DNA of 62,412 bases, counting the filler, from Collodictyon triciliatum (lineage: Eukaryota), in the NCBI GenBank assembly GCA_043381765.1. It is 24 parts of 24 records of this genome, joined end to end, with 100 filler letters (N's around TTAATTAATTAA, not from the genome) between each part and the next. Parts side by side here need not be neighbours in the genome. Positions count along the whole stretch, not along the records: positions 10,552 to 13,087 come from JBHJMP010008705.1; positions 13,188 to 15,723 come from JBHJMP010008706.1; positions 15,824 to 18,359 come from JBHJMP010008707.1; positions 18,460 to 20,993 come from JBHJMP010008708.1; positions 21,094 to 23,627 come from JBHJMP010008709.1; 19 more parts are not named here. One strand, 5' to 3'. Below, piece by piece: positions 11,367 through 23,727 of this stretch. The position numbers and the translations under genes were made by a program. Below the pieces are notes generated by a model. That model was not told where the DNA came from and made no database searches. It saw only the letters and a list, made by a program, of their open reading frames with translations. The first letter of the stretch is position 1; each line of letters starts with the position of its first letter.

Positions 11367-13409
11367 AGAGAGAAAAGAGACAAAAGAAAACAAGAAAACA
11401 AAATAAAATTCACCCTACATTCACTCCTCAGCAGTCAGACCCTGAAAGCACGCTCTTCAGTGAATTAATTCGGGGTCAGATGGGATTGCCCTCCACTTCT
11501 CCCCCTTTGGGATTTTTTATGGGAAAGCCTTTCATTTTGTCTAAACTAGAAGAGGCCACAGAAAAGTATTTTTGCTCTTTTGGCGCTTATCATGCTTTCT
11601 TCTCTTGTTCTGTATACCAGTAGTTCTCTCTTCTCATGCAATATAGGATTTATTTTTCGATCAATACTGAAGAATATTCGATTGGAATTCAGGAAAGAAT
11701 CCAAAGCAGCTGTAAAAGATACCAAGGAGGATGCAAATGCTTCTCTAGATAAGGTTTCGAAAAGAGGCCTTTTTATGCAGGAGCTTATCCTATCAACAAT
11801 GATTGAGGGATTGAGTATTGAGTAGCATTCATTCTTTTGTCACAACTTAAAGATACCCGACAAAGCAAATTCTCGTTAAATTAGGGCACTTTTGGTAGCA
11901 AAAAAAAAAGTTTGCCTGAAAAGTTGATGAAAGATACGGAATAAAGCTCGCGTTGAAAACTATAAACACACACATGAAAAGAAGCTTTCTGTCTAATACC
12001 TGCTGAAATTGTTTAAAGTTTCCCTTTTTTTTTTCTTGCTTTTCTTTTATCATGTCAAATATGATGACACATAGTGTGGGTAGGTGGCTCGTGAAGAAAA
12101 TATCGAATTAGCCCCATCAAGTAGAAAAAAAACGGTTAATGACGATATAACAGGCATACATTATTACATTCTCTTTTGCTGATTCCCGAAGTCGTGCAGA
12201 AGCTATGGTAACGAAAAATCATCAGAACTTTGATTTTAAACAGTATATCCTTCCATCACAGTTGCGCAGACGAGTCAAATAATAATTATAATGATAAGCT
12301 AGTGGGTGATGAAGCCAACATATCTTTGGAGATGAGTGATTGTTGGTTGGTAAAGGCAAGCTTCTGGAGAGGAAACCTACTACATCTCACCCATCTTATG
12401 GCTATTTGTCTGGCGTTTGGTGTGGGGAATATTATTTTTAGTCTCGATTTAGATGTCATGGCATAGATCTGCCGACTTTTAAAGTGTGTATAGCGCAACA
12501 AAATTATCAGAAATTGGAGGCCGTTGATTTTATAGGGACAAAGCTGTAGCGAGTAATAATCTCCCAGAGATAGGATGAAAAACGCAGCACCATTCAAGCT
12601 TTGAAGCGTCACATACAAAAGAACGAAAAGATAAGTAGACCAATAAATTCTGATATGAACGCCATGTCAAGACTCATAAGAGAATGATAATCTTTTTGGC
12701 CGTGCTAGGCAAGCTCGTTTACATAGCATGGACTGAATCCCTTCAGCAGTAGCCTTAAAATGCCATGAAAAAGGCAATTTGCTGTCCCATTTCTCTAAAA
12801 TTTTCGATTCCTTTGTTCCTTTTTTTCTCCTGCTCATCGTACCTCGCTAATATAGAAAAAATATATTTTTATGAGTTCTGTTTTTTTCTTTTCCCTAGTT
12901 ACGAATGTGATTTAAGAATAAAAATTTGTTGCGTTATCCTTTAATTAATAATAATAAATAGTTAAGCTGAACGATGAAACAAAAAAGAAAAAAGAAAAAA
13001 AAAGAAAAAAAAGAAAAAGAACAAGAAAAAGAACAAGAAAAAGAACAAGAAAAAGAACAAGAAAAAGAACAAGAAAAAGAACAAGAANNNNNNNNNNNNN
13101 NNNNNNNNNNNNNNNNNNNNNNNNNNNNNNNTTAATTAATTAANNNNNNNNNNNNNNNNNNNNNNNNNNNNNNNNNNNNNNNNNNNNGAATCAGTTTAAA
13201 CCTCTTAAAGAGGAGTTCCATTCTCTGTCGGCAGAAGGGACCCATCATTTTAACTGCTTGCTTAATGTTTTTTTCATTCCAGGTGATCGGTCTCTTTCTA
13301 CTCAGAAAAGGAGTCTTCAGCACCGCCCAGAAAATCTTTTGCCATGGCCCGTCTGGGCATGCAAAGAGGTCATTAGCCCATTTATTCCATGCACTATCCG
13401 AATATGTTA

Positions 13410-15723
13410 AAAGTGCGATTGAGAACGAACTATTCAAAGACGAAGACTGCTTTGTCCGCCTTCGAGGCAAGCAATGGCCGGTTCTCTCTTTCGCAAACCA
13501 TAGTAATATGTGCAATCGACTACGGGATGTAATGGAAGTCCGAAAGTGCTACGAGAAGGACGTGACTCTAATGGTGGAAAACCCTGCTCTCGGGCTCAGA
13601 GTAGCCTTCCCAAGAAAAGAAAACGCAGCTGCCTTCATTAAGGAGGGGTCGTTTAAGCTCCTCAATCACCAATACACTCCCATGCCAGCCAAAAACTGTC
13701 ACAAAGGTTGCGCACCTGTCTAACATACCGCTGGGTGTCAGCTGGACTGACACTTTCGAAGCCTGCAGCGAACACCTCACCCAATCAAAGTCAACTGGAC
13801 AAAGCCTGGAGGAATATGCATGAATGATGCACTCGTTACGTATGACAAAGAACAGGAAAAAATGGGGAAAATACCTCCCTTTGTCGTCATTCATGGCACA
13901 CGCCGTCGCGTGGAGATACGCGCCCTCAAAGAGTCTGACATCCCATCAACTCTCCCCAACAAGGGAGGGAATGACACACAAGGTCAAACCACAAACCACA
14001 AAAAAATAACAGCTACTGCCAATCCGATGCCCACCAATCAAGCGGCCCAACAAACAAAACGCCACCACTTGCTTCTCGGGATTCAATGCAACAATACCCA
14101 ACTATAGCGCTGAAGACTGGCCAACCGTGCAAGAATCGTCTAAGCAAAACAAGCCCAGAGCCCATAAACAAGGCCAAAAGCAAGGCGTTCCGTCCTCTAA
14201 TGCCAGAGGGAGAAATCGCGACAAGACACCCATGGATGAAGTGCTCGAAGTCTCAATCAATACAAAGGTCCAGGAGCGGCCCCAAAATCAGGAAACGGAT
14301 ATCGAAATGATGGACGAAACACCAGGCGATTTGTGCGAAAGTACTTCTTCAAGTTCGCCGATGAACACGGAGGAAGCAATATCAATCGTGGAATGGCTTC
14401 GAGGAAGTGGAGGAAAAACATCGCCAGTCTTCAAGATTTCCAACCACTCCAAGTCGATGATATCAAACAAAAGTCACCTTCAAATCATGGAGAGGATGCC
14501 GAGGAAAGGGAAATCCAAGCCAACTCAGTAACAGAATCGGGAATAGCATTATATCACCCAGTAAACCACACCCACCAGCCACCTTAGAGGTCATGACTCC
14601 TGGGACCACTCAAGAGACTCCTTCAGCAAACACTGCGCAATCCATAACAAACGACATCCCAGACTCTGGATTGAAAGAAGAACAGTCCACCCAACATGTC
14701 GTCATCATAGAAGGTTCAACTGAAGAAGACAGCGAGCACCTTGATGCTTTGGGTACGTCAAATGACTCTTCAAGTACTATTCAATGGAACATTCTGATTG
14801 CGGAAGTAGTCTTGAATACCAAGAAAGAAAAATCTTTCTCAAAGAAAAAAGAATCGTGTCTGAAGCTAAGAAGCCTGCTACTCAAAGCCATTATCGGTGC
14901 ACCACAAAAGAATAACACTGCACAAGAAAAGCCAACATCCCCACCATCCTGCACAAAATTGAAAGGAAGAATAAAAAAAAACACTGCACAAGAAGCCTCG
15001 CCCGATGAAAAGAGAGCGAATCAGTCAAGCACACCACTAAAGAAAAAACCCCAGAAAACAAAAAAAATGGAGGTAAAAGTGTTCCTGTCTATCACTTGGA
15101 TAAAGGGGAAATGCAACCGAGTGTTACTGATGACCAACAAAGTACATCACCAACACACCAGCTATGAAGGGGAGCGATGCCAAAAGCCATTACAAAGGGA
15201 TAAAAGCTCGTGGGATTCTGATAAATGACATTCTAGACAAAAGAAAATACCTTGGCATCATCTTCGGTCCACAATCGGATAAGAAATGGACGAGCCTGGT
15301 TGAGGACATCAAGTCGAAAATATCAGTGTGGAGCAACTTTCATCTCTCCGATGTGGGGAAAGTAAGGTTGTGGAACCAAGTGATACTGTCGACCCTTATC
15401 TACAACATGAAAGGCACTTTGCTGAATCTCCAGCGACTGAAGGAGCTGGAAGACATCTGCCGCAACTTCATCACTACGAATAATCAAAAATATAAAATCA
15501 AGACGCTCTCTAAGCCACCTACAGAGGGAGGACTGGGACTCATAACGCCTGGCATTGCATGGACATCGCTCACGATGAGATGGTGGACAGATATGCTTAC
15601 CCATCCGAAAGGATTTTGGCAGCGTGGAATGTGGCATCTCATCCATCGCATATGCCCGAACTTCAAGGCACAGCTCTGTGAGAGCAGAATCCCATCACCA
15701 CCACCAAACACGCCCGAGCCGCT
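13410..15723 (+). mobile_element. Degenerate, internally deleted L1/Tx1-like LINE (ORF1 joined to post-RT part of ORF2)
   Basis: 13668-15188 is colinear with the copy at 54624-56070, then jumps to KYLGIIFG...LSKPPTEGGLGL. Frameshifts and stops in ORF1. Confidence 0.88.
14929..14980 (+). mobile_element. 52-bp LINE 3' end with A-tail nested in ORF1, flanked by a 14-bp target-site duplication
   Basis: ACACTGCACAAGAA at 14915-14928 and 14981-14994. The insert matches the reverse complement of about 31650-31703 and is absent from the sister copy at about 55830-55870. Confidence 0.85.
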
Positions 15724-16008
15724 NNNNNNNNNNNNNNNNNNNNNNNNNNNNNNNNNNNNNNNNNNNNTTAATTAATTAANNNNNNNNNNNNNNNNNNNNN
15801 NNNNNNNNNNNNNNNNNNNNNNNTTTTTCAGAACACAAGGAATACGGGGAAGAAAGAGAAACAGCAAACAAACAAACAAACAAACAAACAAACAAACAAA
15901 CAAACAAACAAACAAACAAACAAACAAACAAACAAACAAACAAACAAACAAACAAACAACCACACAACCACACAACCACACGCACAGCCAAGAGCGAAGG
16001 AAAGAAGG

Positions 16009-17717
16009 ATGAACGCGCCGCAGACACCCGAGGCCGCAATGCAGGCGTGGTTCCGGGAGACGGAGGGGCCGGAGGCAGGGGCCGGGGGCGGAGCGCAGCA
16101 GGGGCGGGATCGGCCGGCGACCGGGACGCAGCTGCTGGTGTCTGGCGTGTCGACGCTGGGCAAGAGCTTTGCGGCGGGGTACGGGCTGCGCGTGCTGCTG
16201 AAGCTGATCCCGCTGGCGCTGCGGCACGCGCGGGGGGCGGCGGGGCGGCGCGTGTCGCTGACGCTGGCGCAGCGGGCCGGGGCGATCCTGGGCGGGGCGG
16301 CGCAGGTGCGCTTCGGGCTCTTCTGCGGGGCGTACATTGCGCTCTACAAGACGCTGCTGCAGGCGACGCGGCACTGGGCGGCCCGCCCGACGCACTACCT
16401 GCCGGTGGACGCACAAAAGGACGCCCTGGACGCGCAGAGGGACGCCCTGGACGCACAAAAGGACGCGGCCTACGCCCCGTTCCTGCGGCGCACGCCGTCG
16501 CTGCTGAGCCTGCCGACGCGGGCGCTGGAGCCGTACGAGCCGGGGCTGAGCCGGGTCGGGCACAAGCGCGACAACATCGTCTACTCGGAGTGGGCGACGG
16601 TGCGGGGCCTGCTGTTCGGCGGCGCGGCGGGCGTGGCGCTGGTGGCGGCGCCTGCGCAGTCGCGCGTGTCCATTGCGCTGTTCTTTGCCGTGCGCGCCTT
16701 GGAGGTTGCCGCCCGCTACGCCGCCCGCGTGGGGATTGTCCCGGGCGTCTCCAACGCGGACGTCTTTGTGATGATGGCGGCGTCGGCGCAGGTGCACTTG
16801 CGGTTGCGGTTGCAGGGCCCGACCGCCCGCCTCCTTTCCTTTCGGCGTCATCGCCGCCACATCTTGCAAAGCATGGCGCATCCATCTCTCCGACTGGCCG
16901 CACTAACCCCTCCCTCGCGCAGGTGCTGTGGGCGTGGATCTTCCAGCGGTCGGCGCTGGACCCCGGGTATGCGCGCTTCCTGGACATGCACGGCGGGCAG
17001 GCGGACGCGGTGATCCGGGCGGTGGAGTCGGCCACGCGCGGGACGGCGCTGCGCAGCGACCTGCATCGGCAGCTGGAGGCGCTGGTGGGCGCGCACGGGC
17101 GCGTGGTGGACCTTGCCCATCCGCACGTGACGTGCCATGCGCTGCACCCGGCCCACGACTCGTGCGTGCGCGGCCACGCGGCGTTCTGGGCGCAGGCGCT
17201 GCGGCGGGCCGTCCCCGTCTACCTGCCCGTCTATCTCGCGCCCCTCCTGGTCTTCCACTACCGCGCCCTGGCCAGAGACCCCGCCGCCTCCCTGGCCCGC
17301 GCGCTCCTGGGCGTCGGCCGCTCCGCGCTCTTCCTCTCCTGCTACTGCACCTTCGCCTGGGCCAGCCTCTGCCTCTCCCGCAGGGTCCTGCGCGTCCGGT
17401 CCAGCCTCATCGGCGTCCTCGCTGGGCTCGCGGCCGCCTGCGCCCTCTGGATCGAAAAGAAGAGCCGCCGCATCGAGCTGGCCATGTACGTCACCATGCA
17501 CGCCCTCGAGACCTTCCATCGCTGCTGCGTCCAGTGGCGGGTCTACACCCCGCTGCCCCACGGCGAAGTCCTCCTCTTCTCCCTCTCCTCCGCCGTCATC
17601 CTGCAGGCCTATCTGCGCCACCCGGAGCTCCTCAGCCCCACATACCGCTCCGTCCTCAACCGCGTCGTCGGCCAGATCGGCACAGACACCCCCATCCACG
17701 ATGCTCGCCACGAGTGA
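16009..17717 (+). CDS. TMEM135: TMEM135-family membrane protein, 2 exons (16009-16791, 16923-17717)
   Basis: FGLFCGAY, VGRSALFLSCYC, IEKKSRRIELAMYV and HGEVLLFSLS motifs. Intron GTGCAC...CACTAAC...GCAG joins the two ORF-track frames. Confidence 0.85.
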
Positions 17718-17921
17718 CCCCCTTTACCTCAGCTGCCAGGCTCCGTGAAGGCCTGCACATGGTGCTCCCATCGCATGTCATCTTATCTTATGTCCCCTCT
17801 CTTTTCTTATCTCTTTTCTTTTCTTTTCTTCTCTTTTCTTCTCATTTCTTGCCATAACGTATTGCGTCGTGTCGTGAGTAAAGTCAACTGACTCGGGTGG
17901 CGAGGTGAAATTACGTTGTTC

Positions 17922-17981
<60 letters not shown>

Positions 17982-18230
17982 TATGTGTGTGCACGTTCTC
18001 TGTTATTCGCACGTCCCTATAGTGCGGTGGGCCTCTGTCCTTTTGTACAGCTTCGACTGGTACCTTTTACTATCGACAAAGAAGATGGAGAAAGCAAATG
18101 GCGAAAAGTTGGACAACAATGAAGCGATGTTGGAGATTAATGCGAGCATAAAACAGAGGAGAAAGGAGGAGGAAAATAAAAAGAAACGTCTGTGTGAGGA
18201 TGCGAACTCTAGTAATTTTTCCATCTTCAA

Positions 18231-18321
<91 letters not shown>

Positions 18322-18459
18322 CATTATTATTATTATCATTATTATTATTGCCATTACTANNNNNNNNNNNNNNNNNNNNNNNNNNNNNNNNNNNNNNNNN
18401 NNNTTAATTAATTAANNNNNNNNNNNNNNNNNNNNNNNNNNNNNNNNNNNNNNNNNNNN

Positions 18460-18678
18460 AGCACCCCCATCGAAGACATGAACAACGCCGAGCTCCTGGC
18501 CTACCTGGCTAGTAAGAATGCTAACGAAGACGTCATCGGGGTCTTTAGAAGAAATAAGATCACCGGCGCGGAGATTGTTCTGCTTGATAAGGAAGACCTC
18601 TCAGCAGAACCCTTTAAGCTCCCAGCATTCCAGGCGCGCTTCGTTTTGAAACTCATCGAGGGGGCCAAGCGCACCTAA
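18460..18678 (+). CDS. SAM-domain C-terminal fragment
   Basis: ELLAYL...FRRNKITGAEIVLLDKEDL..PFKL matches the SAM pattern F..N.I.G..L..L...DL. The frame is open to the contig edge. Confidence 0.7.
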   Translation, partial: STPIEDMNNAELLAYLASKNANEDVIGVFRRNKITGAEIVLLDKEDLSAEPFKLPAFQARFVLKLIEGAKRT

Positions 18679-19580
18679 CAACCGCCCCACCCCCTCGTTC
18701 ACTTCATGGGTTTTGTAGTATTCGCTTGACCCTTTGTTGATTTCTGTCCCAATCCCCACACATCCCTATCGCAACCGCAACTGAATAAAGGAAATAACAA
18801 AATATTCTCTGCTCCGCTCTTTCGTCTTCTTGAGAAAAAGAAAAAAGTAACCGTTTGCTGGTTTTGTTGATTGCTTGCATCGCAGGAAAAAAGCTGATTC
18901 TTCCGCAAACCTGTGGTGCGTGTAACTGAAATCCGTTTTCACGGAACGGGAAGTCGTTACATTGGTGTCATTTATACAAAAGTGGATAATAAATTGACAA
19001 GATCATATTTAATTATGATAGATATTGATATCAATTATGTTACTATATTTTAATATAGATATCAATAACTACCAACTTTATGATTATTTTACTTATGGTG
19101 CACCGTCACTGAATGTTTCAATTACAAATGCGACACAGATTCACCTTTGCACCCCGAATATGCTGCAGTTCTTGAAAAAAAAGTGGCTTCTCTTGTGCGC
19201 TAGGAAAATAGTATAGATAGCAGGCGACATATATATTATCGCTATAATTGCCAAGTTGACAGATTGCCTATATTGGCCTTAATCTGGTGTATTTTTGGGT
19301 AATTTTCTTTGAATAGCTCGAAAATCGTAACAGGAATCCTCCATCCAAATTTGGAATTGACCACATGAACTTTTCGTCCAATTTGTTCATATTCACTGAA
19401 TTGAAAGTTTTGGCGATTTACTTCTTTTGTCATAGTTCACAGAATTGCGAATTCAATGAATATATCCAAAATATTCACTAATTCATTTCTGGAATATAAA
19501 TATTTATTATTAAATATCATTACATGTATGATTAATTCAAATTTATGATAAAATATAAATATATATAAAATTACAGAACG

Positions 19581-19831
19581 ACAAGAGAGGTGTGGGAATG
19601 TGTCGTGCGATATCTCCCACAGCACATCCAACCCCTGCTACACACGCAGCCAATCAACCAGTTGGGACGCCCGCCTGATCAACTCGCTATCACTGATTTC
19701 TTTCCAGTGCTAGCCTCTCCACGGTAGTGTCTTCTCCTGCTCGCGTTTGCTCTCTCCCATGGGCTCCCATCCCGCCCCTTTGTATGGCATAACCTCGCTG
19801 CACTTTGAATCGAATAAGGGGAATAAAAAAA
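19581..19831 (+). mobile_element. Dispersed repeat, probable 3' end of a non-LTR retroelement (ORF end, UTR, A-tail)
   Basis: About 170 bp closely matching the reverse complement of 46470-46641. Both copies read ECVVRYLPQHIQPLL..QPINQLGRPPDQLAITDF..SPR*; this copy ends GAATAAAAAAA. Confidence 0.7.
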
Positions 19832-19989
19832 CCTTGTTTTTCAATCCATATTTTATCAAATCCGAACCCTGTATTAATACTTTAAAATAGATTTTGCTGA
19901 ATACCCCTTCATCACACATCAGAGTACTTTGATGAACAGTATTTTTCGTGTTTTTTTCCAGCGCTAATATGTTGGGGCAAATAAGGTTC

Positions 19990-20890
19990 CTAATACCCAG
20001 CCGTCTGGCTTATCAACGACCGCGGTGGAAGCGAGAGTTTCTTCGGGATTGCTTTGCACAACCCTTTTTGATGACGGACCATGAGATTGATTTATGGGCA
20101 CGTAATACGCATTATCGAAAAAATGGTACCCTTGTAAGTGAAAATGGTATATTTCAGATATCAGAAGTATCCTTGGGATAAGTACAGTTTCACCTTTTGC
20201 GCATCCTATCAGGATTTCTTGCCTTCGTAAATCAGCACTCTCACACTTTATATCACAATCAGATTTCGTTATAAAGCCCCAGGGACTCCAAAATGCGCAG
20301 CAAGAATACTGGAAACCTTCCTTTTGATTGCGTTTAATGGGATAGAAATCGAGGAGGGTGCAAAATAGCCAAAAACACCTCGAGAAATACCATAGAATGC
20401 TAATCGTTAATATCAGAATCAAAGAGATTTATAAATAGTCAAATTATTTGGTACTTTATCTCGTATCTTATATTGATGTAGAGAACTACCCGAATACCTA
20501 ATTCAAGTATGATTTCTTTAGCCATCCAAAGGGTTTCAGTAGCTTTTATTTTATCTGATATTATGATATACTGTATTCATAGGAGTATCCATTGAGATAG
20601 AAAACACAAACCCCTTAATCAAAAGGTAATAGCTTACTTGTATGCTCTATTATCTTCACATCCTCAGCCCCAGCAAGTTGGTACGCAACATCTTCACTTG
20701 AGCAAAATAACAAAACAAAATAAATTGTCACTATTTTTTTTGTATTTTTCATTCAGGGTTTATGATATTCTACAAAATACGAATTATTCAGATACACATC
20801 TAATTCATTAGGTGCAATATCATTCGGCAATACAGTAAGAGTACGTTTAAAGTCGCCAGAAAATAGAACCTTTACCATCCAATTATGACC
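19990..20890 (-). pseudogene. Decayed Helitron-type PIF1 helicase
   Basis: In-order remnants VLFSGDFKRTL (cf. GDFRQ), NQKEG (cf. NxxxGLCNG), KGETVLIPRI and PINQSHGPS (cf. TINKSQGQS), with stops and frameshifts. Confidence 0.75.
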
Positions 20891-21719
20891 AATTCCGTCG
20901 GACTGTAAAACAAAAAACAAAACAAACAAACAAACAAAAAACCCGCCCTTCCCTTAAATCGCATAAAAGGAAGACAAAACCTCCAATTATATCNNNNNNN
21001 NNNNNNNNNNNNNNNNNNNNNNNNNNNNNNNNNNNNNTTAATTAATTAANNNNNNNNNNNNNNNNNNNNNNNNNNNNNNNNNNNNNNNNNNNNATTGTAT
21101 TATATTGTATTATATTGTATTATATTGTATTATATTGTATTATATTGTATTATATTGTATTATATTGTATTATATTGTATTATATTGTATTATTTTGTAT
21201 TATTTTGTATTATTTTGTATTATTTTGTATTATATGTTGAGAGCTTGATTTTGCTCCTATTGCATATCTTGTTTAAATTTAATGAAGTTGATGTAGGAAT
21301 AATTTGTGGATACCTGGCTCCCTTTTCCTCCCTGATATGAGGGTCCACCTGCTGTTCTTCGAGACTAAGCTAGGTTTACCTGGTGGTGTAATTAGCGAAT
21401 TATTTCTTTTTATTTTTATTAGTTTTAAAAAAACACATGAAACTAAGACATACGTAATTTGTTGATGGTTTCCAGACAACATAATAAATTAAAAAAAAAG
21501 ACTTACTTTTGAATTCCGAGGATTTTGAAAGGTCCTGTTTTCCCTGTTTTTGTGTATGTTTTTTAGTCAGGTATTAGAGAAAACAGTTGATTAAACGCCG
21601 AGTATGAAAATTATCAATTGAACTAAATTTCCTGAATTTAGTCATATCCATATGGCATTTCAAATACTCTGAATCGAATAAAGGAAAAAAAAGCATTTCA
21701 ATTATTCCTCAGGGATTAA

Positions 21720-23207
21720 TCAAATAATTGAGGATGTTAACTTCATTACCTTTTGTGATTTGTCTAGAAAATGGTGAAAGGGATGAAAAATGTTAAACAT
21801 TATGTCCCGTTTTTGTAATTTCACACTCAAATAGTATCCACCTGATGAAGAGTGCCTATATTCCAGTACATTTGTTATCTCTTTAAGATAAAAGCGATGC
21901 ATGCTGGAACGCGCCTTGTGTATATAGTTTGATCCCTTGAAGTAAACATTCTGTTCGCTGACCCAAAGTTGATTTCTATTTTGGATATGCGCACATCTTT
22001 TTCTCTTTATATCTGCAGAACAAAATTCTGAGTATTTTTTCTCACCGGAAGTTTCTTTATCAAACGAACTTGAGATGGAAAGCTTGTGGATATGTCGTTT
22101 CGGTATCCAAAGAATTGTGTTTGTGTAGAGTCTGTAAACTGAAAAGTTCCCCTTGCATAATGTTTTTACATCTTTATCAACGACTCGCCGATTTGAGACC
22201 ATCTTTTTATCATAATATCCATGTTTATATGAATCATTCGAGTTGTAATCATCTAATGAATAAACATTAAAGACGACTATGGTATTATCCATCCATTTGA
22301 TGGCCCATCTTATTGGGTCGAACGTCACTTTTCGAAGACCGACTTTGAATATCTCTTGAATTCTCCAGTTTTGGTGACTTTTTGAGTAAATGCTAACAAT
22401 CATGTGGCTGTTGAATTGACCCAAAGGCATGTAAGATACCACAGCTATTACGTTATCAGATACAGTCGTAAAGCGCCCAAAATCATCCCCTTGTAATTTT
22501 CTATCCGCTATCAAGGGATACGGGGTGAAATATTTTGAATTCTTAGATTTAGTGAACACAATTAACTGTGGATGAACATATATTGAACATATATTTCTAT
22601 GATTGTTAATCAGAGGCATTCCAAGGACAAAATTTTTCATTATTGGGTCAACTGCAAGTGTTCCAAATGCGTGGTGGGGAGCGTATAAAATTTTATATTT
22701 GAATGTTGTTATAATTGCATAAATGGAGTTCTTTTTTTTTATTTGGAAAACAAACAAATTTTCTCTTTCAGATGAATGAATTGACTCTTCAAATGATATA
22801 AACAGTCTATTCTGAGAAAAACTGCTATGGATACCGAACGGGTAGAGTCTAATCATATTAATATATGCTTCATCTTTTACTATTAGAGGTGTGTCACTTC
22901 CAGCTATAAATTCGTATAGTTTAATACGAGTTGTGTTGTTTACTTTGTCAGGGACCACACCTAATAGCATCTCATTCTTATTCTTGAAATTTTTGCTCAA
23001 CAAAAATAAAAATTGGTCAGGAAAATCATATATTTTGAAAACATTTTTTTGTTTCGCGACTTCCGGATTGGTAAGTTGACCAAAGTTCAAGAATCCTCCT
23101 CGTTGGGGATAAGCGTAATGATCCCATATTAACAAATCGCTCAAATTTGTGCAGGATTGTAGACAGTAATAACCATTGGATTGTAAGTCGCACACTCTAG
23201 AACAACC
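21720..23207 (-). CDS. Large terminal exon (about 495 aa) of an unknown beta-rich protein, possibly a degenerate FG-GAP-like propeller
   Basis: Long ORF after a TTTGTAG acceptor. Segments FGTLAV..FVLGMP and GDDFGRFTTVSDNVIAV resemble FG-GAP blades. Confidence 0.45.
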   Translation of the reverse strand, partial: GCSRVCDLQSNGYYCLQSCTNLSDLLIWDHYAYPQRGGFLNFGQLTNPEVAKQKNVFKIYDFPDQFLFLLSKNFKNKNEMLLGVVPDKVNNTTRIKLYEFIAGSDTPLIVKDEAYINMIRLYPFGIHSSFSQNRLFISFEESIHSSERENLFVFQIKKKNSIYAIITTFKYKILYAPHHAFGTLAVDPIMKNFVLGMPLINNHRNICSIYVHPQLIVFTKSKNSKYFTPYPLIADRKLQGDDFGRFTTVSDNVIAVVSYMPLGQFNSHMIVSIYSKSHQNWRIQEIFKVGLRKVTFDPIRWAIKWMDNTIVVFNVYSLDDYNSNDSYKHGYYDKKMVSNRRVVDKDVKTLCKGNFSVYRLYTNTILWIPKRHIHKLSISSSFDKETSGEKKYSEFCSADIKRKRCAHIQNRNQLWVSEQNVYFKGSNYIHKARSSMHRFYLKEITNVLEYRHSSSGGYYLSVKLQKRDIMFNIFHPFHHFLDKSQKVMKLTSSII

Positions 23208-23727
23208 TACAAAAGATTAAGCTGAAAATTAAAAAAAAATCAATTCTATAAGATCTAATACATGTAATTTTCCATTTATATTACAATTATTACACACTTC
23301 TTTCGTTTTTATTCCGTTTTTGTCCTTCTTTATTTTCCTTTTGTTAAACTTTTTTATTGATTCAAAGTGCAACCAAGTAAAGATGTACAAGGGTAACGAT
23401 GCTGGGCAACAACCTCTTGGCTCATAGTATGTTCACATTATTATATTTTTTATTTGCTTTCCATGTTTTCTAGTTTCTTCTCTGTTTTCTTGATACTTTG
23501 CTTTGCAGTTTACAAGTGGTGATGTATGTATGTATGTATGTATGTATGTATGTATGTATGTATGTATGTATGTATGTATGTATGTATGTATGTATGTATG
23601 TATGTATGTATGTATGTATGTATGTATNNNNNNNNNNNNNNNNNNNNNNNNNNNNNNNNNNNNNNNNNNNNTTAATTAATTAANNNNNNNNNNNNNNNNN
23701 NNNNNNNNNNNNNNNNNNNNNNNNNNN

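Noticed and set aside
10760-12850. Cathepsin-like GPVETSFSI match and other exon-like pieces in this contig
   Set aside because: The motif is bounded by stops and no consistent spliced frame or second family motif could be built.
15772-17857. Long overlapping ORFs on both strands around TMEM135
   Set aside because: Shadow ORFs caused by extreme GC content; only the spliced TMEM135 frame has family motifs.
17856-17917. SECIS element enabling readthrough of the TMEM135 TGA
   Set aside because: No convincing AUGA/GA quartet with correct stem spacing, and TMEM135 is already complete at the TGA.
18922-18960. Helitron 3' terminal hairpin (CCGTT...AACGG within GTAAC...GTTAC)
   Set aside because: No CTRR terminus at the expected distance; cannot be tied to the helicase fossil.
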